The notes: generated from the sequence alone by a model not told the origin. A stretch of 63,445 bases of DNA, filler included, from Chiloscyllium plagiosum (GCF_004010195.1; 3 parts of one record of this genome joined end to end with filler, not necessarily neighbours in it), one strand, 5' to 3'; counted from the whole stretch's first letter, positions 1 to 13,121 are shown. Numbers and translations: made by a program.

Positions 1-675
1 AGTGGAGTCGCAGATAGATAGGATAGTGAAGAAGGTGTTTGGTATGCTTTCCTTTATTTGTCAGAGTATTGAGTACAGGAGTTGGGAGGACATGTTGTGG
101 CTGTGCAGGACATTGGTCAGGCCACTGTTGGAATATTGCGTGCAATTCTGGTCTCCTTCCTGTCTGAAAGGTGTTGTGAAACTTGAAAGGGGTTCAGAAA
201 AGATTTACAAGGATGTTGCCAGGGTTGGAGGATCTGAGCCACAGGGAGAGGCTGAACAGGCTGGGGCTGTTTTCCCTGGAGCGTCGGAAGCTGAGGGGGT
301 GACCTTATAGAGGTTTACAAAATTATGAGGGGCATGGATAGGATAAATAGACATGTCTTTTCCCTGGGGTTGGGGAGTCCAGAACTAGAGGGCTAGGTTT
401 ATGGTGAGAGGGGAAAGATATAAAAGAGACTTAAGAGGCAGCTTTTTCAAGCAGAGGGTGGTACATGTATGGAATGAGCTGCCTGAGGATGTGGTGGAGG
501 CTGGTACAATTGCAACATATAAGAGGCATTTGGATGGATATATGATTAGGAAGGGTTTGGAGGGATATCAGCTGGGTGCTGGCAGGTGGGACTAGTTTGG
601 GTTGGGATATCTGGTCGGCATGAATGGGTTGGACCGAAGGGTCTGTTTCCATGCTGTACATCTCTATGACTCTAT
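1..675 (+). mobile_element. CR1-clade LINE (HER1-like) 3' end, degenerate RT C-terminus and tail
   Basis: ORF fragments LVRPLLEYCVQFWSP and QRVVHVWNELPE typical of CR1 ORF2; ends in a (CTATGACT)-type tail. Confidence 0.92.
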
Positions 676-819
676 TTGACTTCTGACCAAAATCAATAAA
701 CCAGACTACCTGGCAGACCCAACTCTTCAGCCTCTTCCTTCTTCACTGAAGTATTTCTTCCTACTTAGACTATATTTTTCGCCCTTTGTTCAGTAACCTC
801 CCACTTACGTTTATATAAA

Positions 820-1457
820 GAAGGCAAATGGTAGGTTGGCCTTCACAGAAAGGATTCGAATACAGGAGCTGGGTTGTCTTACTGCTCTTGGTGAGACCTT
901 ACCTGAAATATTGTGTGCAGTTTTGGTCTCCTTATCTGAGGAACGATGCCCTTACTGTACAGTGAGTGTAGCAAGGTTTACCAGACTGATTCTTGGGATG
1001 GTAGGGCTGACGTATGAGGAGAGTTTGAATCAGTTAGGATTATATTCTCTGGAGTTCATAAGAAGAACAAGGGGAAATCTCATTGAAACTTATAAAGTTT
1101 TAATGGGACTTTACAGGTTAGATGCTGGAAGGATGTTCTTGATGACAGGTGTCCAGAACCAGGGGGTCACAGTCTAAGAAGGCCAATAGACCATGTAGGA
1201 TTGAGATGAGAAGAAATGTCTTCACCCTGAGAGTGAGTAGCCAAAGGAATTCACTACCACAGAAAACAGTCAAGTAGAAGACATTGTATGATTTCAAGAA
1301 GAAGTTGGATACAGCACTCAGAGCAAAGGATATCATAGGGTATGGGGAAAAGCAAAAACAATCTATTAGGTTGGATGATCAGCCATGATCATATTGAATA
1401 GCACAGCAGGATTGAAAAGTCAAATGGCCCACTCCTGCTCCTATTTTCTATGTTTCT
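820..1457 (+). mobile_element. CR1 LINE 3' fragment (second family)
   Basis: RFTRLILGMVGLTYEE..LGLYSLEF..RGNLIETYK; 3' UTR gatcagccatgatcatattgaat; tctatgtttct tail. Confidence 0.88.
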
Positions 1458-1559
1458 TCTGACATTTTATGTCAGTCCCACAATTTCCAGTTTTTTAGTC
1501 CTAGTCACCTTTTATTCACCATGGACATGCAATCCCTTTTCACATCCATTCCCTATCAA

Positions 1560-3100
1560 AATGGTCAGAAGACACTCCACTTTTTCCTTAAAGAGAGGTC
1601 TAAAGTGTTTACATCTGCCACCACCCACCTTCGCTTGGCTGAGCTCATTCTCACTGAGCAACTTCTCCTTTAACTCATTTTCTTCAGGACAAAGGTGCTA
1701 GTTATGGCTGTCTCCTTGTGGGATATATGGAACATTCCTTGTTCCAGTTCTACTTGGGCCACCACCCACAACTCTTTCTCCAACATACTGATGGTGTCAT
1801 CATTGCTGCTTCCTGCTCTCATCCAGATTTAGAAAGTTTACTGGTTTTGCATCCAGGTTCCATCTCACCTACACCTGATTTATCTCTGACTCTTCCCTTC
1901 CCTTCCTTGTCTTCTTTGTTTACATTTCTAGGGATAGGGTGTCTACTAAATCCATTATAAGCCCACTGACTCCCAATTTACCTCAACTGCACTTCCTCAC
2001 ACCTTGCTTCCTGCAAGGACTCCATTCCATTTTCCCAGATTGTCCATCTCTGTTCCAAGTATGTCACCTTCCACCAGGATACCTCTGACAAGACCTCATT
2101 TTCCCTCAGCTGAGAATTCCCACCGACTATAATTCGCAAGACCCACTTCCCACATTTCTGCCCTCATCTCTTCTCTACCATCTGAAAACAAACATTGTCA
2201 TCACTTTCCACTCCACTAGGCACCGCATTCAAAGGATCACCCTTCAGCAGGATGTCACCACCAACATATCTTCCTGTCTCCTCCGCTGTCGGCATTCCAC
2301 AGGGATCATTCCCTCGGTGATACCCTGGGCCACTCCTCCATCACTCCTAATGCATCCTCTCATCCCTGTGGCACCTTCCTATGCTATCGCAGATTGTATT
2401 CACCTTGACCTTGCCCATTCACCTCCACCCACCTCACCATCCAAGGCCCCAAACACACCTTCAAGCTGAAGCAGCATTTCACTTGCTCTTGTTTTCATCT
2501 AGTCACTGCTCACCATGTGGTCTCCTTTACATGAACAAGACCAAACGCAGACAAGGTGACTGCTGCCAGTCACCTCCACTCTATTCATAAGGAAGAACCC
2601 GACCTTTTAGTTGATTGTTGTTTCAATGAATTACCTTAGTCCCATGCCAACATTTCAGTCAGAGACCTGTTGCACTGTTCCAGCAAGGTTCAATAAAAGC
2701 TGAACGAACAGCAATTCATTTCCCACAGGCACCTTACAGACTTTAGGACTCAATATTCAGTTCAACAGCTTCAGAGAATGAACTCCATTTTGAAAACCCA
2801 ACAGACACTCCAGCTGCCCACCCCTCCCACCTCCTCATCATGTTTGTGACTTGACAACTTGTATTCTCCTTTTTAAACCTACCAGTCACACCTATTTTGT
2901 GTCTCTATTTCTCTTTTACCACCGTCAGTTCAACTTTTGTATTGGACACCCTCACCAACTGTTACATTCATTCCTCCACCCTCTTTGTCAACAACATAAA
3001 AAACCATCATTTCTGGCCTCTTCCGCTCCAAATTATTGTAAACATTAACTCTTTCTCTCCCCAAAATTGCTGTCAGACCTGCTGAGTTTCTGTTTTTATT
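1560..3100 (+). mobile_element. Degenerate Penelope-like element (RT remnant, GIY-YIG endonuclease, terminal repeat)
   Basis: Broken frames read NFSFNS, VGYMEHSLFQ, GPKHTF.LKQHFTC, CSPCGLLYMNKTKRR.GD; PLE terminal repeat at ~3040-3100. Confidence 0.8.
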
Positions 3101-5155
3101 TTAAAATGCTAAGGATGCTGGAAATATAAAATATAAACACAAAATTTGCTGAAAATACTCAGCAGGTCTGGTAGCTTCTGTGAGAAGGGAACCAGAGTTA
3201 ACATTTAAGGACAAAAATCTTTCTTCACAACTGAAGGAAGATAGAAATTTCTCCAGCACTTCCTGTTTACCACAACTAGAGTTCTTTTACTTTGCAGAAG
3301 AGACGGAGAAAGGTGAGAAGAAGAACAAAAGGGGAGGTCTGTGATAGGGAGAGGGCAGAAAAAATTAAATGACAAAGGATTTTCTGGTCAAAAAAGAGCA
3401 GAGTCACAGAGTCATAGAGTAATAGAGATGTACAGCATGGAAACACATTCTTCGGTCCAACCCGTCCATGCTGACCAGATATCCCAATCCAATCTAGTCC
3501 CACCTGCCAGCACCCAGCCTATATCCCTCCAAACCCTCCCTATTCATATACCCATCCAAATGCCTCTTAAATGTTGCAATAGTACCAGCCTCCACCACTT
3601 CCTCTGGCAGTTTATTCCATACATGTACCACCCTCTGTGTGAAAAAGTTGTCCCTTAGGTCTCTTTTATATCTTTCCCCTCTCACCCTAAACCTATGCCA
3701 TCTAGTTCTGGACTCCCCAACCCCAGGGAAAAGACTTTGTCTATTTATCCTATCCATGCCCCTCATAATTTTGTAAACCTCTATAGGATCAAACCTCAAC
3801 CTCCGACGCTCCAGGGAAACAGTCACAGCCTCCTTCGACCCTGGCAACATCCTTGTAGATCTTTTCTGAACCCTTTCAAGTTTTACAACATCTTTCCGAT
3901 TGGAAGGAGACTAGAAATGCACACAATATTCCAACAGTGGCCTAACCAATGTCCTGTACAGCCGCAACATGACCTCCCAACTCCTGTACTCAATACTCTG
4001 ACCAATAAAGGAAAGCATACCAAACGCTTTCTTCACTATCCTATCTACCTGCGACTCCACTTTCAGGGAGCTATGAACCTGCACTCCAAGGTCTTTTTGT
4101 TCAACAACACTCCCTAGGACATTATCATTAAGTGTATAAGTCCTGCTAAGATTTGCTTTCCCAAAATGCAGCAACTCACATTTATCTGAATTGAACTCCA
4201 TCTGCCACTTCTCGGCCCATTGGCCCATCTAGTCAAGATCCTGTCGTAATCTGAGGTAACCTTCTTCGCTGTCCACTAAACCTCCAATTTTGGTGCCATC
4301 AGCAAACTTACTAACTGTACCTCTTATACTCACATCCAAATCATTTATGTAAATGGAAAAAGTAGAGGACCCAGCACCGATCCTTGTGGCACTCCACTGG
4401 TCACAGGCCTCCAGTCTGAAAACAACCCTCCACCACCACCCTCTGTCTTCTACCTTTCAGCCAGTTCTTTGAGCCAGAGCTAGTCCTCCCTGTATTCCGT
4501 GAGATCTAACCTTGCTAACCAGTCTCCCATGGCGAACCTTGTTGAATGCCTTACTGAAGTCCATGTAGATCACATCTACCGCTCTGCCCTCATTGATCCT
4601 CTTTGTTACTTCTTCAAAAAGCTCAATCAAGTCTGTGAGACATGATTTCCCATGCACAAAGCCATGTTGACTATCCCTAATCAGTTCTTGCCTTTCCAAA
4701 TACTTGTACAGCCTGTCCCTCATGATTCCCTCCAACAACTTGCCCACCACTGACATCAGGCTCACTAGTCTACAGTTCCCTGGCTTGTCCTTACCACCCT
4801 TCTTAAACAGTGGCACGATATTAGCCAACCTCCAGTCTTCCAGCACCTCACCTGTGACTATCGATGATACAAATATCTCAGCAAGAGGCCCAGCAATCAC
4901 TTCTCTAGCTTCCCACATAGTTCTAGGGTACACCTGATCAGGTCCTGGTGATTTATCCACCTTTATGCGTTTCAAGACATCCAACACTTCCTCCTCTGTA
5001 ATATGGACATTTTGCAAGGTGTCATCATCTATTTCCCTACATTCTATATCTTCCATATCCTCTTCCGCAATAAATACTGATGCAAAATACTCGTTTAGTG
5101 TGTCCCCCATTTTCTGCGGCTCCACACATAGGCCGCCTTGCTAATCTTTGAGGGG

Positions 5156-5368
5156 TTGAAACTTTATTGCTGGAACAGCACAGCAGGTCAGGCAGCATCC
5201 AGGGAACAGGAGATTCGACGTTTCGGGCACAGGCCCTTCTTCAGGAAGAAGGGCCTGTGCCCGAAACGTCGAATCTCCTGTTCCCTGGATGCTGCCTGAC
5301 CTGCTGTGCTGTTCCAGCAATAAAGTTTCAACTTTGATCTCCAGCATCTGCAGACCTCACTTTCTCCT
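5156..5368. mobile_element. Palindromic PLE terminal-repeat insertion with hammerhead motif, 15-bp TSD
   Basis: Perfect inverted arms plus a 36-nt one-sided extension; TSD ctaatctttgagggg at 5141-5155 and 5369-5383. Confidence 0.92.
5213..5247 (-). ncRNA. Minimal type I hammerhead ribozyme motif
   Basis: Minus strand UUC-CUGAAGA-A-GGGC-CUGU-GCCC-GAAA-CGUC-GAA: intact core, stem II, palindromic ACGU stem III, UUC/GAA stem I. Confidence 0.75.
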
Positions 5369-5749
5369 CTAATCTTTGAGGGGCCCTATTCTCTCCCTAG
5401 TTACCCTTTTGTCCTTAATGTATTTGTAAAAACCCTTTGGATTCTCCTTAATTCTACTTGCCAAAGCTATCTCATGTCCCTTTTTTGCCCTCCTGATTTC
5501 CCTCTTAAGTATACTCCTACTGCCTTTATACTCTTCTAAGGATTCACTCGATCTATCCTGTCTGTACCTTACTATGCTTACTTCTTTTTCTTAACCAAAC
5601 CCTCAACTTCTTTAGTCATCCAGCATTCCCTGTACCTACCAGCCTTTCCTTTCTCCCTAACAGGAATATACCAGAGAGTTAAAATGTTTGTAGTAAGCAA
5701 GAAAAAGATTTGTCCAGAGTGGGTGTGAATGGTAAAATAATGTGATGCA

Positions 5750-5935
5750 ATCCAAAGATGTGCAGATTAGATGAATTGGCCGTGCTAAATTGCCCATAGT
5801 GTTCAGGGATGTGTAGGTTAGATGCATTAGTCAGGGGCAATTATAGGGTAGGGGAATGGGTCTGGGTGAGTCACTCTTCGCAGGGTCAGTGTGGACTTGT
5901 TGGGCTAAAGCTCCTGTTTCCACACTAATTCTAAA
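5750..5935 (+). mobile_element. HE1-type SINE 3' fragment
   Basis: tccaaagatgtgcag..gctaaattgccc..gtggacttgttgggc..ctgtttccacact. Confidence 0.85.
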
Positions 5936-6689
5936 AAATGACCTGTATGACCCATAAGCAAAGAGAAAATTGAGACTGTAACATGCAAAAAAGAGAAACA
6001 AAATGGGAGTTACAGCCTGAGGTTGTTGAACTCAAATGTTGAGTCCAGAAGACTGTAAAGTGCCTGACTGAAAGATGAGATGCTGCTCCTTAAACTTGAA
6101 ATAACCTTCATTTTAACACCACAACAGACCAAGGATGAAGATGTCCTCAGGAGAGCTTGGTGGAGAATTAAAATGGCAGAAGCTCAGGAGACTTTTTACT
6201 CCGAACGGCCTGACCTTTTGTTCAACTTTGAGATTGTGCTGCACTAATCACCAGCAATGGTGACATTTTCGAATGCATTGTAAGAAGTCACCAAACACCA
6301 ACCCTGTCTTTTTGTTTTGCATATGTGAGGATTAGCCTGCTGTGTGTTAGCAGCAATTTCTAATTTGGAAAAGGTAACAGCTGGAGTGATGTCACAGAGT
6401 ATGATATCATTGGTGGACAGCATTGGGAAAGTAGTCATGGGTTGCCATTACCACAGGGAATAAGACGTATTGCACAATGTTCTGTGATGGAGAAAGCTTG
6501 ATTACAGTTCTGGGAGTTTGGATTGAATGAAACTGGCAATTCCAGCTGGGAAGCGAGAAGTTAATTAAGTAACAAGCAATGGAGACATGCTGCAAGGCTA
6601 CTGCTGCTGAGTTAGCTGTCAATGACAATGTGCTAGGAGGAATTATTTTTTACTTTTAAAACTGTATTTAGCCATTCATTCAACCAACT

Positions 6690-7288
6690 CATTTTTTAAT
6701 TCATTCACAGCATATAGACGTCACTAGCTGAGCTAGCACTCATTGCCCTAATTTCTCGGGGACAATGTTAAGAATCAACCACATTGCTGTGGGTCTGGAG
6801 TCACATATAGGCAAAACCAGGTAAGGATGGCAATTTCCTTCCCATGAGAACATTTGTGAACCAGTTAGGTTTTTTTAGCCTAATGGCCATCGTTAAAAAT
6901 CACACAACACCAAGATTATAGTCCAACAGGTTTATTTGGAAGTACTAGCTTTCGGAGCACTGCTCCGTCATCAGGTAACTGTGTAGCATAATCATAAAAC
7001 ACAGAATTTATAGCAAAAGATCATAGTATCATGCAACTGAAATGATATATTGAACAAACCTAGTTTGCTTTTAAGTCTTTCATCTTTTAAAATGGGTTGC
7101 AGGTTTTCATTCATTAATATGTAAATATCAGAACTTCTTTCAAGTCACATTCTTGAGATAACTTAAGGGACTCTTAATTCCAAAATTTTATTGAATTCAA
7201 ATTCCGCCGTCTGCCATGGCCCCCAGAATATTATCTGGGTCCCTGGATTAATCGTAGAGCAATAATATCACTTGGCCAACGCCTCCCC
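6690..7288 (-). mobile_element. tRNA-headed SINE (family B) interrupted by a PLE terminal fragment
   Basis: Matches copies at 36685-37058, 61540-61887 and 63221-63290; PLE insert at ~6897-7165. Confidence 0.7.
6943..6977 (-). ncRNA. Minimal hammerhead motif in a second PLE terminal family
   Basis: Minus strand UAC-CUGAUGA-C-GGAGC-AGU-GCUCC-GAAA-GCUA-GUA. Confidence 0.7.
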
Positions 7289-7799
7289 AATGGCAACTTG
7301 ACATTTCCAGTAAGTTAATTTTAAAATGCTTAGGCCCAAAACAATGGTGAGCCTGCAGCACATTCAAACAAGGCTAGAATCAGGAGTAAGTGCTGGAGAA
7401 ACTCAGCAGATCTGGCAGCTTCTGTGAAAGAGAAACAGAGTTCTTGGAATTGAGATTCTTGCCTCATTCACAGTTCTCAATACCAAACAAATGCTCCACC
7501 TTAGGCAACAGGGAAACACCCAATCTGACTGGCAGATAAGGCCTGTTATGGGATTATTCGGAGGAAGGGAAGGGGGACTCTGCAGGACAGGAGTAAGAAA
7601 GCTCCAACAGTGTAATGAAAGATATTTGTTGAGTTAAGAGTCCAGTAAAAGTGGCCTGTAGCCCCAAAATCTTTAAAAGCAAAGGAAAATGTATATTTTT
7701 GGGATGCCCTTGATTGATACCCACTATCTAAATTACCCAACAGTTGGCAAGACTGCAACTACCACATATGTAAATGTTAGTTGCTGGAAGAACTCTGGC

Positions 7800-10700
7800 T
7801 CTGAGTCGATGAGTCTGAGCTTCAAACATTGCGGCACATTAGGGAGAGGGAGAGTCATCTGGACACTGTGTTTCAGGAGACAGTCACACACTTAGACTAA
7901 ATAACTCGAATTCAGCCAGTGGACAGGAGGGTGTGGCTGTGAGTGAAGCAGGTAGAGCGATCCAGGAGATAGAGTCGCAGGAGCCTCAGCACCTGTCCTT
8001 GTCCAAGGTTCAAGAGTTTTGCTCCCTGTGTGGATGGGAATGGGGTCTAGAGGGAGGATCAGCCGACTGACCATAGCATTATGGTGCAGGGAGCCATTCA
8101 AGTGGGGGAGAGAGGAGAAATGTTGTTGTAATTGGGATAGTTAAAGGCATAGACACTGTTCTCTGTGACCAGGATCAAGAGTCCCGAAGATTGTGTTGCC
8201 TGCCTGGTGCCTGGGTTTTGGTATCTCATCTGGGCTGCAGAGGAACTTAGAGTGGGAGGGTAAAGATCCAGTGGCCTTAGTCCACATAGGTACCAATAAC
8301 ATAGATAAAACTAGGGCAGATGTTCTGCTTAAGGAGGATGAACAGCTAGGAGCTGAATTAAAAAGGAGAAAGTGAGGACTGCAGATGCTGGAGATCAGAG
8401 TCAAAAGGTGGGGCACTGGAAAAGCACAGCAGCAGGCAGCATCCAAGAAGCAGGAGAGTCGATGTTTTAGGCACTGATGAAGGATTTATGCCTGAGCTAA
8501 ATTATAAAGCAGAACCAAAAAAAGTAATAAGCTCTGGATTACTACCTGAGCCATATAGCGGTCAATAAGATTAAGAAGGTAAATGTATGGCTCAAAGATT
8601 GGTGAAGGAGAAATAGGTTCGAATTCGAGAATGGGACATTGGCACCAGTACTGGGGAAGAAGGGACCTGTTCCGATGGGACGGTCTTTATCTGAAGTGTG
8701 CTGGGACCTAGCAAATTGCATAACTAGGGCAATGGACAGGGCTTTAAACTAAATGGGGGTGGGAGGGCTCAGTTATAGGGGGAAATTAGAAAACTGAAAT
8801 TAAAGAAGGAGGCAAGAGTGCAGAACTCAGGAGAGGTCATTAAAGTCTTCAGCACAGACTCAAATAGGACAGAGTGTTTGGAAAGGGTTCGTAATCAAAC
8901 TTCAAGCACACTGGGCAAACAAATGACAATGAGAAGAGGGACGGTTAATACAGGAGGAAGGTGTTATATCTGAATACATGCAGTATAAGGAATAAGGTAA
9001 ATGAGCTTGTGGCTCATTAACATTGACTGGTATGACATGGCTGCAGGGGGCTCAGAATCGGCAGCTGAATTTTCAAGGATATACATCCTATCAAAAAGAT
9101 AGGCAGGTGGGCAGATGGAATGGGATGCCTTACTAGTAAGAAATGAAATTAAATCCATAGTAAGAAACAAAGTAGAATCCATATGGGTAGAATTGAGGAA
9201 CTGCAAAGATAAAAAAAAACATAGTTGGAGTTATGTACAGGCCTCCAAACAGTCGTCAGGAACTGGGGTACAAGATACACCAGGAGATAGAAAAGATGTG
9301 TAGGAAAGGCAAAGTTTCAGTGATCAAGGGGGATTCCAATATGCAGGTGGACTGGGAAAATCAGGTTGGTCGTGGATAGCAAGGGAGGGAATTTGTGGAA
9401 TATCTACGAGATGGCTTTTTGGAGCAGCTTATGGTGGAGCCCACTAGGGAACAGGCAATTCTGGATTTAGTGTTGTACAATGATAAGGGAGCTTAAGATG
9501 AAGGAACCCTTAGGAGGCAGAGATCACAATATAATTGAATTTATTGTGCAATTTGAGAAGGAGAAGATGGAATCAGAGGTAACAGTATCACAGCTGAATA
9601 AAGACACCTACAAAAGCATGAGGGAGAAGCTGGACAGAACTGACTGGGAGAGGAGTCTGGCAGGAAAGACAGTGGAACAGCAATAGCAGGAGTTTCTGGG
9701 AGTAATTCAGGAGACACAGCAGAGATTCATCCCGAGGAAAAAGAAGCATGGTACGGGGAGAATGAGGCAACCCTGGCTGACTAGGGAAGTCAGGGATAAC
9801 ATAAAAGCAAAAGAGAAAGCGTATAATGTGGTGAAGGGCAGTGAGAAACCATAGGATTGGGAAGCTTACAAAGACCAACAAAGGGCAACAAAAAAAAGAA
9901 ATAAAGAGGGAGAAGATTAAATATGAGGGTACGCTAGCCAGTAATATAAAGGAAGAATGTAAGAGGTTTATTTAGATATATAAATGCAAAAAAAAAGAAG
10001 CAATACTGAACATTGACCACTGGGAAATGAAACTGGAGAGATAGTGAGGAACAAGGAAATGGCTGAGGAGCTGAATAATTACTTTGCATTAATCTTCACA
10101 AGTAATATCCCAAACATTCAAGAGAGGGAGGGGGCAGAGCTGGGTATGGTGGCCATCACAAAGTAGAAGGTGCTAGAAAAACTGAATGGCCAGAAGGTGG
10201 ATAAATCACCTGGACTAAATTGACTACACCAAGGGAGATAGCTAAAGAGATAGTGGAGGCATTAGTGGTGGTCTTTCAGGAATTGCTAAAGTCAGGGAGG
10301 GTCCCAAAGGACTGGAAAATCACTAATATGACACCCCTGTTTAAAAAGAGAGTAAGCAAAAGACAGAAAATTACAGATCGATTAGCCTAACCTTGGATAT
10401 GGGTAGGATACTGGAATTCATTGTGAAGGATGAGATTTCTGAATACTTGGACGTGTATGGTAAAATAGGGCAAAGACAGCATGGTTTCATCAAGGGGAGG
10501 TAGTGCCTGACAAATCTGCTAGAATTCTTTGAGGAAGTAACAAACATGTTAGACCGAGGAGAGCCCAATGGATGTTATCTCCCTGGACTCCAAGAAGGCC
10601 TTTAACAAGGTGCAGTACCGGAAGCTACTGAGTAAGATAATGGCCCTTGGTGTCAGAGGCAAGGTGCTAGTATGGGTAGAAGCTTGGCTGGCTGGCAGAA

Positions 10701-11728
10701 AGCTGAGAGTGGGGATAAATGGATCCTTCTCAAGATAAGCGATGTTCCGCAAGGCTCAGTATTGGGACTGCAACTTTTCACTTTATGAAGGAACTGAGGG
10801 CATTTTAGCTAAGTTTGCAGATTATACAAAGATAGGTAGAGGGACAGGTAGCATTGAGGAGGCAGGGAGGTTGCAGAAGGATTTGGACAGGTTAGGAGAG
10901 TGGGCAAAGGAGTGGCAGATGGAGTACAACATGGGAAAGTATGAAGTCATGCACATTGGTAGGAAGAATAGAGGTACGGTCTATTTTCTAAATGGGGAGA
11001 AAATTCAGAAGTCTGAAGTGCGAAGGGACTAGGGAGTTCTAGTCCAGTATTCTCTCAAGATAAACTTGCATGTGGAGTCAGTAGTTAGGAAGGCAAATGC
11101 AATGATGGCATTTATTTTGTGAGGACTTGAATATCAAAGCAGGGATGTACTTCTGACATTCTATAAGACTCTGGTCAGACTACATTTGGAGTATTGTGTG
11201 CAGGTGTGGGCCCCATATCTCAGGAAGGATGTACCGGCCCTGGAGTGTGTTCAGAGGAGGTTCACGGGACTGATCCCAGGAATGAAAAGCGTAACATATG
11301 AGGATTGTTTGAGGTCTCTGGGTCTATACATAATGGAGTTTAGAAGGATGAGGGTGATCTAATTGAATCTTACAAAATGCTGAATGGCCTGGACAGAGTG
11401 CATGTTGGGAGAATGTTACCATTGGTAGGAGAGACTATGATCCAAGAGCACAGCCTTAGAGTAGAACAAAGATAGGGAGAAACCACTTCAGCCAGAGAAT
11501 GATGAATCTATGGAATTCATTGCCACAGGAGGCTGTGGAGGCCTGGTCATTGAGTATATTTAAAACTGAGATAGATAGGTTCTTGATTGTGAAAGGGATC
11601 AAGGATTACAGGGAAAAAATGGAAGAATGAGGTTGAGAAACTTATCAGCCATGATTGAGTGGCCGAACAGGCATGATGCACTGAATGACCTAACGTTTGC
11701 TCCTATGTCCTATGGTCTTATGGTCTTA
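7800..11728 (+). mobile_element. Near full-length degenerate CR1 LINE (ORF1 SGNH esterase; ORF2 APE endonuclease and RT)
   Basis: VIGDS, CCLPGA, VHIGTNNI in ORF1; ESIWVELRN, DHNIIEF, KFADYTK in ORF2; tcctatggtcttatggtctta tail; many stops and frameshifts. Confidence 0.93.
8365..8493. mobile_element. PLE terminal-repeat insertion within CR1 ORF1
   Basis: Same repeat family as 5156; imperfect TSD gagctgaattaaaaa / gagctaaattataaa. Confidence 0.8.
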
Positions 11729-12254
11729 CACATGCTCCATCTATTTCTCCATGGAATTTATGATCAAGGGGGATTCCTATAACTAATATAACTGTCAGTT
11801 AACCAAAATCCACTGACTGGAATGGATTACTTTGCCTAATTCCAAGCTTTACTGTCCAATATTATAATGCTCAATGAACCTAATTTGAATTGCTAATTAG
11901 TGTTTTGAATAAGCAACAAATTCTTTGCTTTTTTTTTCAAAAGCAAGCTAGTTTCTTGCCACATAGAGTGAAAAAAACTGTGGATTCTGGAAATCTGAAG
12001 CAAACATCGAGAACGCTGGAAAAAAACCCAATGGGTCTGGGAAGATCTGTGGGGAGAGAGACAAACAGAGTTAATGTCTTGAGCCCAATATGCTGCTTCT
12101 TCAGAACTGAAAAGAGTTGGAAATTTTTAAAAATATTTTTAAGAGGCAGAGGCAGAGGCAGAGGCCATTGTAAAAGACTAATTCTTTGCCACCCTTCCAT
12201 GAAAAAAAGTATGATGATGCAATTTATAAATCATGAGCAGTCTGAATAGCTCAC

Positions 12255-13121
12255 AGCACAGTGGCTCAGTGGTTAGCATTGTCATCTGACATGGGACCCA
12301 GGTTTGATTTGTTAAGGACCAGGGCAGACCCCCTCAAAATATTTCAAGAATGTAGCCAGGACCCTAACTTTGCTAGTTTTTTGAAGTAGGTGTAAGTGGA
12401 TATTTCAGGAGTGATGCAGCTGGCTCAAACACTTAGTTTAAAAAAACAGAATTTATTTACAAGGCTGCCATAGCAACCACAATCAAAAGAGAACTGAATA
12501 TAGAGTAACAACCAATCTGAAAATCCAACAGATTATCCCAATTTAATGATGCAGTTCTAAATACTTGCAACAATCCCCATAAACACCCCTTGGCAAAAAA
12601 GGTAAAATCAAACGCAGGGTCTTACAGGAGAGATGTCAGAGAGAGGGAGGATCAGCATGGACCTGCTTTGGGTCCAGCAGCTTAAAATTGACTGTTTGTT
12701 AAAACCAAACCAAACCCAAACCAGAGAAAAGCTGAGCTGCGAGAACCGGCCACTTTCATTGTACAAGTGTATTTTTGTAACTTAAAAAACATCTTCAATT
12801 TGATCAATCCCAGACATTTCGGAACCTGTGTCTTTATGACCTCCAGAAAAAGGAAACAAGGACAACATAACCTTGTTAAAGGAGCAGCATCATCACAAGT
12901 TCCACCCTTGGGGGACTGTCTGTACAGAGTTTGCACATTCTGCCATGTCTGCATGGGTTTCTCCTGGGTGCTCTGGTTTCCTCCCACAGTCCAAGGATTT
13001 AGGTAACCATGGGAAATGCAGGGCTACAGGGATTGGGTAGATGGGGTAAGTCTGGGTGGAGTGCTCTTTGGAGGATCAGTATGGGCTGAATGGTCTGCTT
13101 CCACACTGTAGGGATTCTATG
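12255..13121 (+). mobile_element. HE1 SINE split by a solo LTR
   Basis: Head gtggctcagtggttagca..gggacccaggtttgatt resumes as ccacccttggggactgtctgt..agtttgcacattct after 12897. Confidence 0.85.
12310..12897 (-). mobile_element. Solo LTR (588 bp, TG...CA), family unknown
   Basis: Begins TGTTAAGG, ends CATCACA, interrupts a SINE cleanly; AATAAA on the minus strand at ~12462; TSD degraded. Confidence 0.65.

Larger units (their letters stand above)
3400..5671 (-). mobile_element. 5'-truncated HER1/CR1 LINE with RT domain
   Basis: ORFs 4457-5125 (DKSPGPD, SQHGF..GKSCLT, VDVIYMDFSKAF), 3911-4228 and 3494-3850; agagtcat tail at ~3400. Confidence 0.95.
3113..6180 (-). mobile_element. Opposite-strand PLE terminal repeat and 3' end, split by a HER1 LINE (3400-5671) and a SINE fragment
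   Basis: tactcagcaggtctgg..agagttaac repeat at 3146-3232; GIY-YIG 3' region resumes at ~6010-6180 (gttgttgaactc..gagtccagaagactg..aagatgagatgctg). Confidence 0.6.
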
